45,751 nucleotides of DNA. Origin: a virus (taxonomy: Duplodnaviria; Heunggongvirae; Uroviricota; Caudoviricetes). Location of the stretch: IMG/VR virus record IMGVR_UViG_2537561830_000004. The stretch is one strand, 5' to 3'. A model generated the notes under the pieces. It worked only from the letters and a program-made list of their open reading frames with translations. It had not been told where the DNA came from and did not search any database. Numbering within the stretch: the stretch's first letter is position 1; the number at the start of each line of letters is the position of its first letter. This document shows, piece by piece, positions 45,485-45,751 of this stretch. The translations under genes were made by a program, and so were the position numbers.

Positions 45485-45751
45485 ATGCTGCCGCAGCATA
45501 GCGATATTGAAATAGCCTGGTATGCTTCGATACAGCAGGAGCCGAATGGCTGGAAGACCGTCACCACACAGTTCTACATCCAGGAATTCAGTGAGTATAT
45601 TGCGCCACTGCAGGATGCTGTAGATCTGGAAATCGCAACGGAGGAAGAAAGATCGTTGCTGGAGGCATGGAATAAATATCGGGTATTGTTGAATCGTGTT
45701 GATACATCAACTGCACCTGATATTGAGTGGCCGACTTCACCTGCAGAGTAA
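45485..45751 (+). CDS. small protein carrying a Tfa C-terminal domain (tfa fragment or variant)
   Basis: 88 aa; C-terminal 55 aa about 90% identical to the Tfa C-terminus ([43 protein letters not shown]). Confidence 0.5.
   Translation: MLPQHSDIEIAWYASIQQEPNGWKTVTTQFYIQEFSEYIAPLQDAVDLEIATEEERSLLEAWNKYRVLLNRVDTSTAPDIEWPTSPAE

Noticed and set aside
44542-45751. Invertible tail-fibre segment (Pin/Gin-type shufflon)
   Set aside because: The two tfa-like 3' ends are direct, not inverted, repeats, and no serine invertase gene lies in the window; cargo insertion is the simpler reading.
1-45751. CRISPR arrays, rRNA genes, retron or reverse transcriptase genes
   Set aside because: No short direct repeats with unique spacers, no rRNA-like conserved stretches, and no ORF with reverse transcriptase motifs were seen. 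The only repeat arrays are the replication iterons, the stf coding repeats and the tfa duplication.

Overview
This 45.7 kb window reads as one nearly complete lambdoid prophage of the E. coli/Shigella type, running from integrase to the tail fibre genes. All calls are from reading the sequence and recalled family knowledge; no database search was run. Gene order: int, xis and a large exonuclease-domain protein on the minus strand; a LexA-like CI repressor with Cro-like (YdaS-like) and CII-analog (YdaT-like) genes; a replication initiator with internal iterons; a nin-like region (DUF4406, DUF968/HNH, RusA); a Q-family antiterminator followed by a terminator (tR'-like), an orphan DNA methyltransferase and three tRNA genes (Ile2-CAT, Arg-TCG, Arg-TCT) with no stx; a lysis cassette; then a lambda-like head and tail module (terminase, portal, protease-capsid fusion, U, V, G/T frameshift, H, M, L, K, I, J, lom, stf, tfa). 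The side tail fibre gene is split by an intact IS3-family element. The best candidate for a novel system is a low-GC island (about 10.06-12.5 kb) carrying a RexA/RexB-like gene pair (304 aa soluble protein plus 159 aa four-helix membrane protein), next to a second Q-family gene and a hok-family toxin locus. Other accessory loci are a two-gene module at the head of the leftward early operon with a convergent low-GC gene, and a SAM-dependent methyltransferase inserted between duplicated tfa 3' ends.
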